Shown here piece after piece: positions 25,301-37,400 of a stretch of 64,000 nucleotides of DNA. Origin of the DNA: Styela clava (taxonomy: Eukaryota). The notes under the pieces are model-generated. The model was not told where the DNA came from and ran no database searches. It worked only from the letters and a program-made list of their open reading frames with translations. Where the stretch lies: assembly GCF_964204865.1 (NCBI RefSeq), contig NC_135262.1:9486001-9550000 (forward strand). The letters are read 5' to 3'. A program made the position numbers and the translations under genes. Every line of letters begins with the position of its first letter. Position 1 is the stretch's first letter.

Positions 25301-28039
25301 CGTTTTCAGTGGGGCCTATAAATGCGAAATGAAATTTTGCCATGTCAACTAAAAAGAGAAACTTTACACCAATTATAACTCAAATGTCTACCTATCAAGG
25401 CGCGCCTAAGTATAGCAGTGATTATACAGTCAACTATACAAGCGATCAACATGAAATTATTCAACCCCGATATTAATTTAGAATCTTTGCACAATTTATT
25501 TAAAATTTTTGCACCAACTCGGAATACAAAAACATGATTGTTATTTTGAATTTATAATTAAATAGTAAAAATGTATGCCAAGTATGTATACGAATTTGGA
25601 TATGCCCACTAGATTAAGTTGTTGAGGAGAGACAAAATTATGTGTTCACTGCCGGTTCATCTTTATGGATTATACAGAGATGTCTTAAAGCTTTACAATA
25701 AACTTCTCGCAAGATATACAAAGCCGTGCAACTATTTTTCTTTTCGTCGTTTCTTTTCTGGTTCACGTTTATTTAGAAGCTTTTTTTGAAATTGATTTAC
25801 AGCCCTTTTCTTTTCCGTATATATGATTTTCTTTTAAGTCACTTACATTGCTTATTGAAAGTGATTCTGAAGATGGTGCGGTATAGTCTGTTGACTAATC
25901 TGAAACTTTGGTCAAAAATACATGCATAAGTCACAAAACATCATCACAGTGTTCTAGTCCAATTCAGAATTACGGTACTCTTGATTGACAGAACAAACGA
26001 AGTGTTTGAAATGGGGAATTGCATTATTACTCAAATAAAACAGTGGGGGCTCCCGAAGTATGCGAACCAAGATGGCGGACATCGGAATGTAATATGTGTA
26101 CTAGGTTAGGGTTAGGCAATAATTTTAGGTATAAATACTACGGGAGGCTCTTGGCTAGTCTTCGAACTGATAATAGGACTAAAATAAGGAAAACTGGAAA
26201 AAAATTATCGCCTAACCCTAACCTGTTACCCATGTTACGTTCCAATGTCCGCCATCTTGGTTCGCATACTTCGGGAGCACCAAACAGTGTTTTTAAACGG
26301 TGCAATACAATTATTCGTAGATAGCTGCGCTATTTGTGATGGGCTACAATTGATATTATGATTTGGTTTATTACCATTCATTGGTATCAATTTGAGATAC
26401 CGTATTTAATTAAAAACAAGCATAGCAAACTGATTTAATCACCTCCTGGCACAGCGTTCTCCGAATCACTACCCGCATTTCCGTCTGCTAAGTTCTGAAC
26501 ATGGGCCATCTCGTTGGAGAGTCACTTACATGTGAACAAAAATACAGCCCAGTAAATAACTAGATGAGGATGGTAAAATAACACAGGGATATGTGCCAAA
26601 TCACAAAACAAAATTGCTAGCAATGCAATTCTTTAAAACTGTTTTCCGAAGATAAAATATTCTAATCTAATATGAAGCGGTGTATTAAATATTTTTATTT
26701 ATACAAAGCTATACAAACCTATATAAAGTGGCGTCAACCACTCGCTTCTCGTGTCTCCTTCTGTTTCGAGAAAAATTTGAATTCATTGAATTTTCACAAT
26801 CTTCGTTTGTATTGTCATCTGGATTTAGAAATCCTTCTGAATTACACACTCTTACAAACGCAAACTCAGTCGTAGCAATATTTTGATGGTCAGATCAGAA
26901 CTACGACCAGTAAAAGCACAACAGTATCAGTAGTCTATATTTTGATAATCAGGAATAAGTGAAAAATCTCAACAACAAAAATATATGCTAATGATTTGGT
27001 TTCTGCAAGACTAACTGCATATCCTTCTTCTATGCTTTTGTGTCGGCGGATCCGTATGCATATAGTGCAAGTATGCTGTAGCAAGAGTAAAGATAACTAT
27101 CCTACAGTCCTAAGTGATTCAAGAGTCTTGCTGCACACTAACACAATTATATTTCTGTAACGTTTCGTCTGACCAAGGTCAGACTTCTTCAGACATACAT
27201 AGTAAATATAATTGTGTTAGTGTGCAGCAAGACTCCTGAATCACTTAGAACAAAAATATAGTAGCCCTAATATTAAAAATCGTTATGACTAATCACCTTA
27301 TCCGATGAGTGATGATTTCCAGCAGCATTCCTCGGTGACGTTGAAAACCTTGTTTCAAGTTATTATGACTCGACTTCAACTCACTGGGTAATTGATAACA
27401 CCTGACACAAAAGACTTGGATCGCTTCTCCAAACACAACTGTTCTATTTTATCTAAATTTCTGCAATCACTCACTCATGAAGATCCCGATCCCCTCACCA
27501 GGTTACTTGCGAACAAAACGGCAAACGTGGTAGGTAAAGTTCTCGGCAAACCCGACAGTTTTACTATTGCGACACAAAGCCTCTTTAGTACGGAGTTGTG
27601 AATTAAGGTCCTTTTCAGTTTATTGAGCTTATATTACAAAAAACAGAACGAACGATCTTCATGTTCTGCCTGGTTATTGTATCAAAATTATCAATCCTAC
27701 TCTCCAAAAATCGTAAAGACATATACCGAAAAATTAAAAGATTTTCGCGTAAACAAAATGTCCGCTTAGTGTACGAAAATAATACCCGTTGATTATAAAC
27801 CAGCAGAACTACTGTCCCCTTAAAGGTGGCGAAAATATGCAGATATTTTAAAAATATTGAAAGAACATATTATTTTTGATACTGTTTTATCAGAGAAAAA
27901 GAGAATTCAGCAAAAAATAGCAAAACGTTTTAATTATGGAACGTGGAATAATTAAGCGGACAGGAAAATGTCTACCCAATTTTTCCGTCTACATAACTGT
28001 CGCTTTTTTAGCACGGTATGTCTACTTAACTACCGTATT

Positions 28040-28088
<49 letters not shown>

Positions 28089-28721
28089 CCTTTGTTTGGT
28101 CGATCATCACATCGATTTCTGGATCAACAATATTTTGTACAGTTATTCGACTCTGGCCACCAACAAATGTATCATTGGGAAGTCTGTTGACGAATTCAGG
28201 GTCATATGTTCTTGCATACGGTCTTAACCCATTCCAAATATTTGGAGTGTGTGGTGGACTAGGTAAATAAATTAAAAAATTAAAATATAGCATTATATTG
28301 TGTTGCATTTGTCAGGAATAAACTTTCAACCTTACATTGGTTTTTCTGTCATCTGCACTATGTATGATGTTAGACGTAGCTCTGCTCTTGCTCTCGCTAA
28401 TTCCATCTGATTATGGTCAACAAAAGTTCGATTACCTTCTTTTCGTGCTTAATATATCAAAAAACATCAGTAAATAAAAGATAAGCACATAATATATAAC
28501 AGTAATGAATTAATTTAACCTCTAATGTTAACTGCGGTAGCAGGCAATCGTCCTCCATGACTTGTCACAGACGCTACTTCAGGCTCTTCTACAAATGATA
28601 CTTTCTGTATAAAATTTAGTTTTTCAAATTAATACAATATTTATTTCTATTTTAAGTTTTGATTCAATAACTAACATATTAAGAAAATTACCTTTTCTTT
28701 CACTGACATTCCGTTTGACAT
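21189..28721 (-). CDS. Uncharacterised soluble protein, ~298 aa, 7 coding exons
   Basis: Exons 28721-28692, 28604-28520, 28447-28336, 28258-28090, 22016-21913, 21665-21504, 21423-21189 splice GT-AG with consistent phases into an 897-nt open frame (MSNGMSVKEKKVSFVEEPE...PPHTPNIWNGLRPY...KDFYRMDL...TTLDDE). Confidence 0.85.
22276..22304. repeat. (TA)n microsatellite, left flank of large TIR element
   Basis: Pure TA run. Confidence 0.95.
22826..25412. repeat. ~95-bp minisatellite array, roughly 25-27 units
   Basis: Unit anchor caaatgtccacctatccggccacctaagtgtggc recurs at 92-97 bp spacing (23581, 23676, 23771, 23865 ... 24713). Homogeneous core with degenerate edges. Confidence 0.97.
26046..26281. 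mobile_element. Palindromic MITE with 8-bp TSD (Merlin-like), containing TTAGGG repeats
   Basis: About 80-bp imperfect TIRs starting GG(G/T)GCTCCCGAAG, TSD AAACAGTG. Second copy at 56808-57043. Confidence 0.88.
27110..27248 (-). ncRNA. Minimal type I hammerhead ribozyme core (Penelope-like pLTR type) enclosed in a 45-bp hairpin
   Basis: Minus strand reads UGU-CUGAAGA-A-GUCUGAC(CUUG)GUCAGAC-GAAAC-GUU-ACA (27195-27156). Arms 27110-27154 and 27204-27248 are inverted repeats with a single deviation, which is a G-U pair on this strand. Confidence 0.78.
28042..28081. repeat. (TA)n microsatellite, right flank of large TIR element
   Basis: Pure TA run. Confidence 0.95.
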
Positions 28722-31150
28722 GTTCAACTAACCACACTCAATCCTTCAACCCGTTTATAGAACCATATAATACAGATTTCATATTTACACCACCGCAGGG
28801 TGACTTCTCGTTTCATTCAGAATTACAAAAAAAATATGAATGTTTTAAATTGACCTCCTATAACCTGTAAACTTCAAAACTATTTATGTGTATTTATTAC
28901 AAATTTTTAAATGTTCGCATCAAGAGATTAAATATTTCCATCCATTGGACATGTGACGCTGGTACATAAACTGTGTCTGCCAAGTACGTATCATCTTTGG
29001 CGAATGTCTCTGTTTATCGCGAATTGTTTCAACACAAAACATGTTTATTTTATTTTCTACGCGTCACACCAAAGGACGTATGTTTACTGTCAATATACAT
29101 TGTCGTGTAATTTAAAAAGTTTGCTTACTTTGAGTATCTGATGTCAATTCAGAATTGATAGACCTTTAGCAATGAGATCTTATTTTAAAACATGTCGAAT
29201 TTCATATGATTGGTTTTTGCTGATGTAATTGTCAATGTTACTTTGCACATATATTGTGCATTTATCTTTGTTGCCTCTGATTGAATTCAATTGAAGATCT
29301 CTGAATTACACTTTCAAACAAAAATATCTGTTATGAACGTTGTGTTTTTTTTTTGCAATTGAAAATAAAATTCCACAATTGGTAATAGACTATATTATGG
29401 TTTTCCTGATTATGAGGAAAAATTTTTACTGTGCTCTATTACATAAAAATTCACAATAATAATACATTTGAAATGTTGTTAAATACTCCACATCTTCGTT
29501 CCTATCAAGTCCAAACAGTTTTTCCAGGCATCAATCATCTGATTGGTTATAACTTTAGGAGAAATTTACTAAAGCTCAAATCCGAGTATTCTATCCAACC
29601 TGCCTATATTGAGCTACATTAAAAATTATGATTCATCGTGTAATTTTTTAGCAAATAATTTGTTATGAATATACAAGATTCAATTTGATTTATTGAGTTG
29701 AGAATATTTTAATTGAAAATAGGCATCTAACTCGTCCTTTTTTGCAAAAACGAAGCGTTCAAAATTGTAAATTCAAAGTTAAGTATTGGGATTAAAATAC
29801 CAACATCGTTAGGTGGCGTGAATGTGCAACCACATGATGTAACTGGCATTGCACGTTTATGCAGAAATCGACAGAAGTTTTCCTAATAAAAATTCTACAG
29901 CGGTTGTGCTTGCCTTTATATCTCCTATGCTAACAATGATTCTCCCATTAACAAAAATGGCGTCAGCAACACACGTCGCTAATAATATGACGAAATTCAT
30001 TCCTCGTTTCATGCTACCTTTTCCGTCTGTATAAAGTTACAGTTTGTTGAATACAGGGAGATTATTTGAACCTCGTGTGAAATAAAAGTATCACGAAGAT
30101 ACGATTCCTTCTTGAATATATTTCTTAAATTTGATTTAGAACATGTGCAGTCTGATTTGTAAAACCTAGGAAATTTTTTGGGTTTTTCATCGAATTTCAG
30201 TGATAATTCTCGCAGGCAATCAGATGTTCGTGAAATGCTATTTTCAATACCCAAATTTCATATTGATTTCTGCAAATTATTCCAGCGATTGTCGCTTAAT
30301 TTTTCATTGAAGTGTGTATAATTATCCATATACCATTATATCATATACCAATTATCCATATCCATTCATATAAGATTTTTGATAACGTTATTTTAAGTTT
30401 GCAAGCAAAATATATATCAGTAAAAACATAAGTAAAACATTAAAAAATTTGAAAGTAGTCATTTCAGTTCAATGATATGATATCTAGAAGATTTCTTCAA
30501 GGCTAATCAATGTAACCAAAGTTAGGGGATAAAAATATACTACTTTTGCATTAGCTAATTTTTTCTGGTTTTTTTAAACTCAAATCTATCGTTTCCACTT
30601 CGCTGCAAAAGTATAGTTTAAACTTCGACCGCAAAGTTTTCAGGTTATCCCCGCCGTTTTAGTTTGATAGTTAAAGCTAGAAGCTCCCTAAGCAGGAACT
30701 GAATATAAATAGCAGAAATGCATTATTTTGTTTTACTTCATCTTCATATTTTTTTTGAGTGGAATATTTTTCTTGTTGACTATTAAAAACTTAGGTAGTT
30801 GATTCATATTATCTCAAAAGACACATTTCTATTAGCATAAAGTCGTGGAATAACTTCCATTGTCCTATTATGGATTTTTGGCTTGCTTTAAGTAAAACGT
30901 TTTTCATTGGCCTCGCTTTTAGCAACCATCTAGCTACCAACTGATTTCGATATCGACAAAACTTCTAGTTTTGACCACGCAAAACAGATTATTATATTTA
31001 GCCTTATAGTAACTAAGCAATTTATCTTTGCTTTTGCACAAAAAAGCATGGCTATGAATGGCTATCACTTTCACAAATAAGAGAAAGACACTTCAATGAG
31101 AAAATTTTCAAATAAATTCACCTTTTTGGTTTTAACAAACAACAATTAAT

Positions 31151-31442
31151 ACGAGAATATCGTTCAGAGACCGAAGACTTATCGATCGAAAGTCAGGGGA
31201 TTCTCCAAAACAGCGTCATTACTCCATAGTGACATCCTGTGTCCTATCACTAATTAATTATTAAACTTGCTAATTATACGACATAATTCATCCAGAAGCA
31301 ATAGGCTTCTGGTGCGAGCTATGATGAATGCACATGCAAAGTTTGGAGCAGATTCAACCTCGCTTTCGTGAGATATCGCGTGCATCTAACAGACAGACAA
31401 ATACCTATCAACATACTTACCGATCTTAAGATCGATAAGTAA
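31151..31442 (-). mobile_element. DINE-1/HINE-like (Helentron-associated) element
   Basis: Full-length homology to 3568-3874. Confidence 0.85.
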
Positions 31443-34400
31443 TAATGCTGACTATTAAATGAGTTACACAAGATTTTGGGGATTATTCGGCACTTTTGAT
31501 TAAATAATCGTCGAGCAATATCGAGATATTATCGTTTGTAAATGGTAATGGCCCAGTAGTAAAACACGTATAAGGGACAATATTTAAGTAAGACACTGAC
31601 GCGACTTAATTTCCGATCGCAGAAAATCAGATTTTCTCTTCACACTGCAAACTAAAATTTGCATAAAATCAGTTTTACGAATCGGACCGAGTCGGATATT
31701 TAGAACGCATAGTTTCCTGTGGAGAAAATATCTTCAAGACAATATTATCTAGACAATAATTGCTATGTGAAAATTGAAAAATTAGCTCTTATGCGGTAAA
31801 ATAAAAAATATTCTTTCTCAAAATAGTAATGTTAGAGATTAAATTGATGTTTGATAGCATTTAATGTCGCTCTACTAGTTACATAGTATTTTGTTCTAAT
31901 ACATACAGATGGTTAGTAGTCATTGATACCCATAATTACAAACAAACATTTTCTTGACTTCAAACAAAAAGTTCTAAAGGACCCAGAGGATTTTTTTCAT
32001 GCAAACCTTAAGCACAGGGTTGAGATTGTTTTCTATGGAACACAACTGTGGAAAATAATTATATACTTGACTTTCGCTGAAGTTTATATCGATTTATTTA
32101 GTCTTTTTTTAAAATTGTAGCGACATAAATGGGTAAAAGATTTGACTCATCATGTAAAAACGTACGCCTGCTTGTAATATAATGAATTTAACTTGTAAAT
32201 TTTCGTAATGTCAACATGGACGGGCGCTTTAAAATGATAAAAACGAGTCCCAAATTTATCTGATGGTAGAGTTAAGATGTCCTAAACGTCTATGGGATTT
32301 GACGCATCGTGGCTTGGTGTTTTACGTTAATGAACACATCTAGCTTGCTATGTACGAATGATATTGCAAACAATAAAAAGTCAAAAGTTTTAATAAACCA
32401 AATGTTCAAAGGTAAGATGACTCAATGAGGTAGATTATCTGTCACTCACATATCATTTTAAATCTTTCGATCGTTTCATTTATAAATGCTAAAATCCTGT
32501 CTCTTGTGCAAGAGTAACTGTTTATGCGCGAAGCGTGGTATGTATTTGCAATTTAGTTATACATTCATATAGTCGGGTAGTACGGTGTTAAACTCGTCCC
32601 TCTCACGATTTGCAATAACGTGATCTACATACAGTTGTTAAGTTTACAAATCTTTGATTAAATCTAGACTTATTATCAAATTTTCGCCCACAATTGTTCA
32701 CACGTGACAAAAATCAGTACTTAGATACAATATACCAAACAAAACCAAATATTCGCGGGACGATTTCGTGTCTGAAATTTGTACAAAAATAGAATTTCGT
32801 TTTGCCGTTACGTTGAAGTCTCACACCGTGTCGCTCCCGCCTGAGATATACTGTCACAAAAATAACTGATACTTTAATTAAATAATTCAGCTTAAATACA
32901 GTCCTATAGTTTGAAGATTTTTAACGCGGTTTTCCGCAAGAATTTGCTGGCCAGCGATAATTACGCTCGTATATTAGAACTGCTAAATACCGGAATATTA
33001 ATTTTATTATGATAGGGTTGTGCAAAAATATATAATAATATTAATATTATTGTGGGAATGTAATAACGTTGGCTTCGAACAAGGCGCGGCACAAGTAATT
33101 ATGTCGATGTACATAGAATTATGAAGTCAAAAAGATCGGATCTAGTCGATTTAGTTTTATCAATCCAACGTCTCCCAATACCATGAACAATGAACGAGCG
33201 AGGACTCAAACCTCAGAATATGATTCCAAATTACCTTTGAAAAAAAATGAATGAATAAAATTGGACAACGAGAACAACCAATACTATTAATATTATTCTA
33301 AACCTATCCAATCCACCAATCTTTGTTAAATATTTATGTTTTGCAAATGATAATGTATCAATGACACAATTTAAACATGAAGTGTATTGTAATAATGTGA
33401 GCAAGTTAGGATTTATTTGGACACAAAATATTTTCAGTTGTAACGAACGTAAATATACTATGATTCAAATTCAAGTTCTAACGTGGACGCTTGTCGTTCA
33501 CAAGTGTTATATTTTAAGGTATTAATTTCATTAATAGTTAAATATTATTTAAATATGACGAAATCTTACTATTTCAACGAGTTCAATAATAATTTTGCAT
33601 ATATTACAAATTAAACGAAAAACAAAACGGTTTTCCAGAATTTTAGGTAAATTCATCCGGTTTTCTGATAAGAAACTATTTATGGACTCAATCTAGGCAA
33701 CGTTTTCAAATTGTGGTTCTGGTTAGGATATGTTTTACTTGGCCGAAGTATTGGCCTTCGATGGACCGGCCTCGGGGGTTATTTTCGTTCTTTGGCCTAT
33801 GGTGTTCATGTTAAAATATAATTTCGAATGGCGGCTGAAATTAAATCTACTTTGCGCGAATTTATTGCTTGAAATTTATGTGCAATGCTCAAATGTTTAT
33901 TGGTTGGTTATTTATTAAAATTTGATTATTGGTTTCTTTAATAAAATTTGTCTAAGCCATATTCATTGAAACTCATGATTTGATCATACATTAGGAATAT
34001 GGCAAACATGCTAAAAGGGAAAATGCTCCTATTCATTCTGAACATTTTTTTCGTTTTGTGTCGTTTTTATCTTCAAGTCTTTGTATCGATATGGTATACG
34101 GTAAAACTGGAAAAATTGAATTATTGCATTATCATTCGTTATATCGAATAGAATTTAGATCATAACAGAGACAGGTAAACTGCCTGGATACATCTGAATT
34201 AACATATTATCGAAATTCCGAGCCAAATAGTAGATTTATCAATATTGTTGCTGTGGGTTTTTTCGTTGGCGGATTTCCTCGACTTCCATCGTAACCAGGT
34301 ATTAGCAAGCGCAAAACAATATTTTTGTTCCGGTTGGATGAACTCAAAATCACGTGTGTATAGATTTATATTTTTGACGTTGTAAAGTAAATTACAGTAT

Positions 34401-37400
34401 TTTGTAAATTCATGGATAATATTTTGTTGCCAGGACATCATGAGTCAGTTTTGTTCGGTTGGACAGACAAAGAGTGACAGCATCGTATACCCAATATATG
34501 CGACTATTGTTATCCTGAGATCAATACTGATGTGTCTTTGCTTCAGTTTCAAAAGGTTTCGAAAGGCATTGTACATTTGATATCGCTATTCTCAAAGAAA
34601 TATCTAATACTTTCGTAATACTGTGATGTAAAATTTGAAAATTACAAAATTTTGTCTGCAATTTATCACTCATTGTCTGATTTTCAAAAAACATTATTGG
34701 AAAACCCGAACATTCTTTTGTGGGCTCTAGGTGTTTTCCTGGACCGCTGGCGTCGAAAATATTTTCTTCGAATAACAAAAGCGTCAAGTATCTCGTTCTG
34801 AACTAGTTAACCATCTAGTCTCCTAACAACGATGCCGGTTTTTCGTATTCTGAGATTAACAGAAAATTAATAAAATATTATAAAAGTGCGAGTGTAATAC
34901 TTCAAAAATATGATCCTCGGACGTAATACAGACGAGATAACCGACGGCCGGCCAATTATTTAAGTCTTTTAATCAGTAAGCGATGCGTTGTATAATTCGC
35001 TTCAGTTCGCTTATGGCCGTGAACGACATACCGAAAAACAAACGTTTTACACTGGAACAAACGTGGTAAAAATCACCGGTATATACGGTACTTGCTCCTG
35101 TTGATCGCTGATTCGACTGTAGGATTGACAAAAACAGAAAGTCGTCAATTATGGAGAGTACCATTAGATGCAGGGTATCTGCGACACATGATCGACGATG
35201 ATTTTTTTTAATTATAAAAATGAAAGTTTATTTACGATTCGTGAAAGTAAATCCGGAAAATCAACTGAAACCTTTTGTTTTCATATAATTCGTGACAAAT
35301 TTCACTTCATTCGCCCAAAGGCGATTCACGATATTATAGGCCGCGGTCATTTATTATCATGCTATGGCTTTATTGACAAGGCGAAATAGGATTTAGATTA
35401 AGACCAAATAAATGAAATATAGTATATACATTTGTGCTTTTACAGTGACTGTGCTATTCAGATATCAGTGATTGTCGATATATGATTCAGTAAAAAAAAT
35501 GAGCAAATTTTGGCCGCCTAAAATTTATTTTGGTCGGTACGTTTATCTAATTTGACTTGTTTGCAAGCTGTTTATCTGCAACATGCCCGCAATTAAGTAA
35601 AATCTTCGTTCAGCGGAAAATTCCGTTACAGTTTTTGAATACGGCGTTAGACTAAATACCACGTAATTTGGCCAAGAAAATATGCCACAGTGCGTTCATG
35701 GTTCACGCATCAATTACCCGTGTGGGTTGTAGATTGTCTTGCGTTTAGGTACTTTTGAAAAACAAGACGAACAAAACAAATTTATCTTTTGTTTGAGAGG
35801 CACGTTTCAGAACTTCAATTGGAAGTAAAAACTACAATTGTTAGATATCGATTACATTTAAAACCATTCTTCGTGCTTCTATCACAATTCTACAAAAATA
35901 TGGAAATTAGAACTCTAAAATTACGTTCCATTCTTGATTTAGTCATTTTGATATCACATAGCGACACGCACTCATTGCTGATGAATTTTCTAGAGTGAAT
36001 CGATCATATATGTACACTTTTGTTGAACTGCGTTTATCTGTTGCTCAAATATATTAACAAAAGAATAGTAATTGCGGGTATGGTCTATTTAGATTGCCAG
36101 ATGTGCGCGGTATACTAAGAAATCGAAGTAATATTACACGAATATTGTCAACGTTGTTGCTGTGTACAAAGTTGCTGCAATAAACAGCAAGCGAGCGAAA
36201 TATAAGTAGTAATACTTCGCTGCGTTTCCGGTCTTTAAAATCGGGCCCAATCGGGGATTTCAGATTCAATCGACGACAAGACAGCGTAACACGATATTTA
36301 GGGTTTTCTTTTTGTGCGCTATTGTATGTTGAAGAAATACGTCATTCACGGGCCTTGTTGAGCACTCGCTCGCTAATAAATAAATAGAATATATAAGAAA
36401 AAAAGTAGAAGTAGGCTGGAAAGTATTTCGTAAACAAATTCGTCATATAATACTTGAGGCGTGATTTACTGAGCGAGTTATTATGAGTTCACGACGGGAC
36501 CCGACAGATAGCGGGGATTTAAAAGTATGTTTAGCGATTAGGTATATTTTAATACTGAAAAAATATTTTCTCTGGCTAAATTTGGTTATTATTCACTACC
36601 TAAAAAATAAGCTTCATGTGGATGTGTTTGACAAGTTGGCAAATATTTTGACGTGATTATGGATGGGATCAATTATTTAGAATTCGAATTTGTGGACAAG
36701 GCTAAATATAGTACTGAATGAACAGGTAGTACAAAAAGTCTGAAAGCAAACATTCGACTGTTTTCGACTTTTTTCCAAAAAGACAATTCAGGTTATACAT
36801 CAACCCATCGCTTTTGATTTAGAATTAGTCATTTCAAACGAGGCTGTTATTGCAGATCCCGAAACAAAGAGATACATTGGTCACCGCGAACTGAATAGAA
36901 CTATTGAATGTGTCATGTATGTACCGTTGGCCAAGTATGGTTACGATTAATTTTACGTCTATTTAGACGCGGGTTATATATTATATTCGCTTAAGGAAAT
37001 CTCAAAATTTTGAACATCCCTGCAGCAAGAATGTTACGAGATTTCAATAAGCAAACTCTTGAGTAATATGTCCGCTTTGGATTCGTCATGGATATTGAAA
37101 TTTGAACCCAAAATTTGTTTCAATGGGTCAGGCTGCACTTTATTGTTATTTTTATTTGTTTTAATTGCTCACCTAACTTGTATGACACGATTCCATTGAA
37201 TTTAAACGCAAATCATTTTTTTCAAAATGGCGCGAAAATGTTTATATGTGAGAAGGACGATGCTTGTAAATTATTCGCCGTTCGACACTGAATAACTGAA
37301 GATGAAAATAGAGAGGGAACGAAGATTAGAAAACAATTAAAGGCAAAGTAGAAACGGAATGGAAAAACAATATTTTATACAAATAACATCAACGCGTGAC

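Larger units (their letters stand above)
22308..28042. mobile_element. ~5.7-kb putative TIR DNA element inserted in a (TA)n microsatellite
   Basis: Left end TCTATTACGGTAGTTAAACGGAC is inverted relative to the right end (reverse complement TCTAATACGGTAGTTAAGTAGAC). TTAAGCGGAC/GTCCGCTTAA motifs repeat near both ends. (TA)n lies outside both ends. Confidence 0.65.

Noticed and set aside
26019-26324. Similar ORFs at 26019-26324 and 56805-57071
   Set aside because: Both are chance frames through the same palindromic MITE, with no transposase features.
27936-28270. Plus-strand ORFs with YIYIYI runs
   Set aside because: They read through the (TA)n microsatellite antisense to a real exon.
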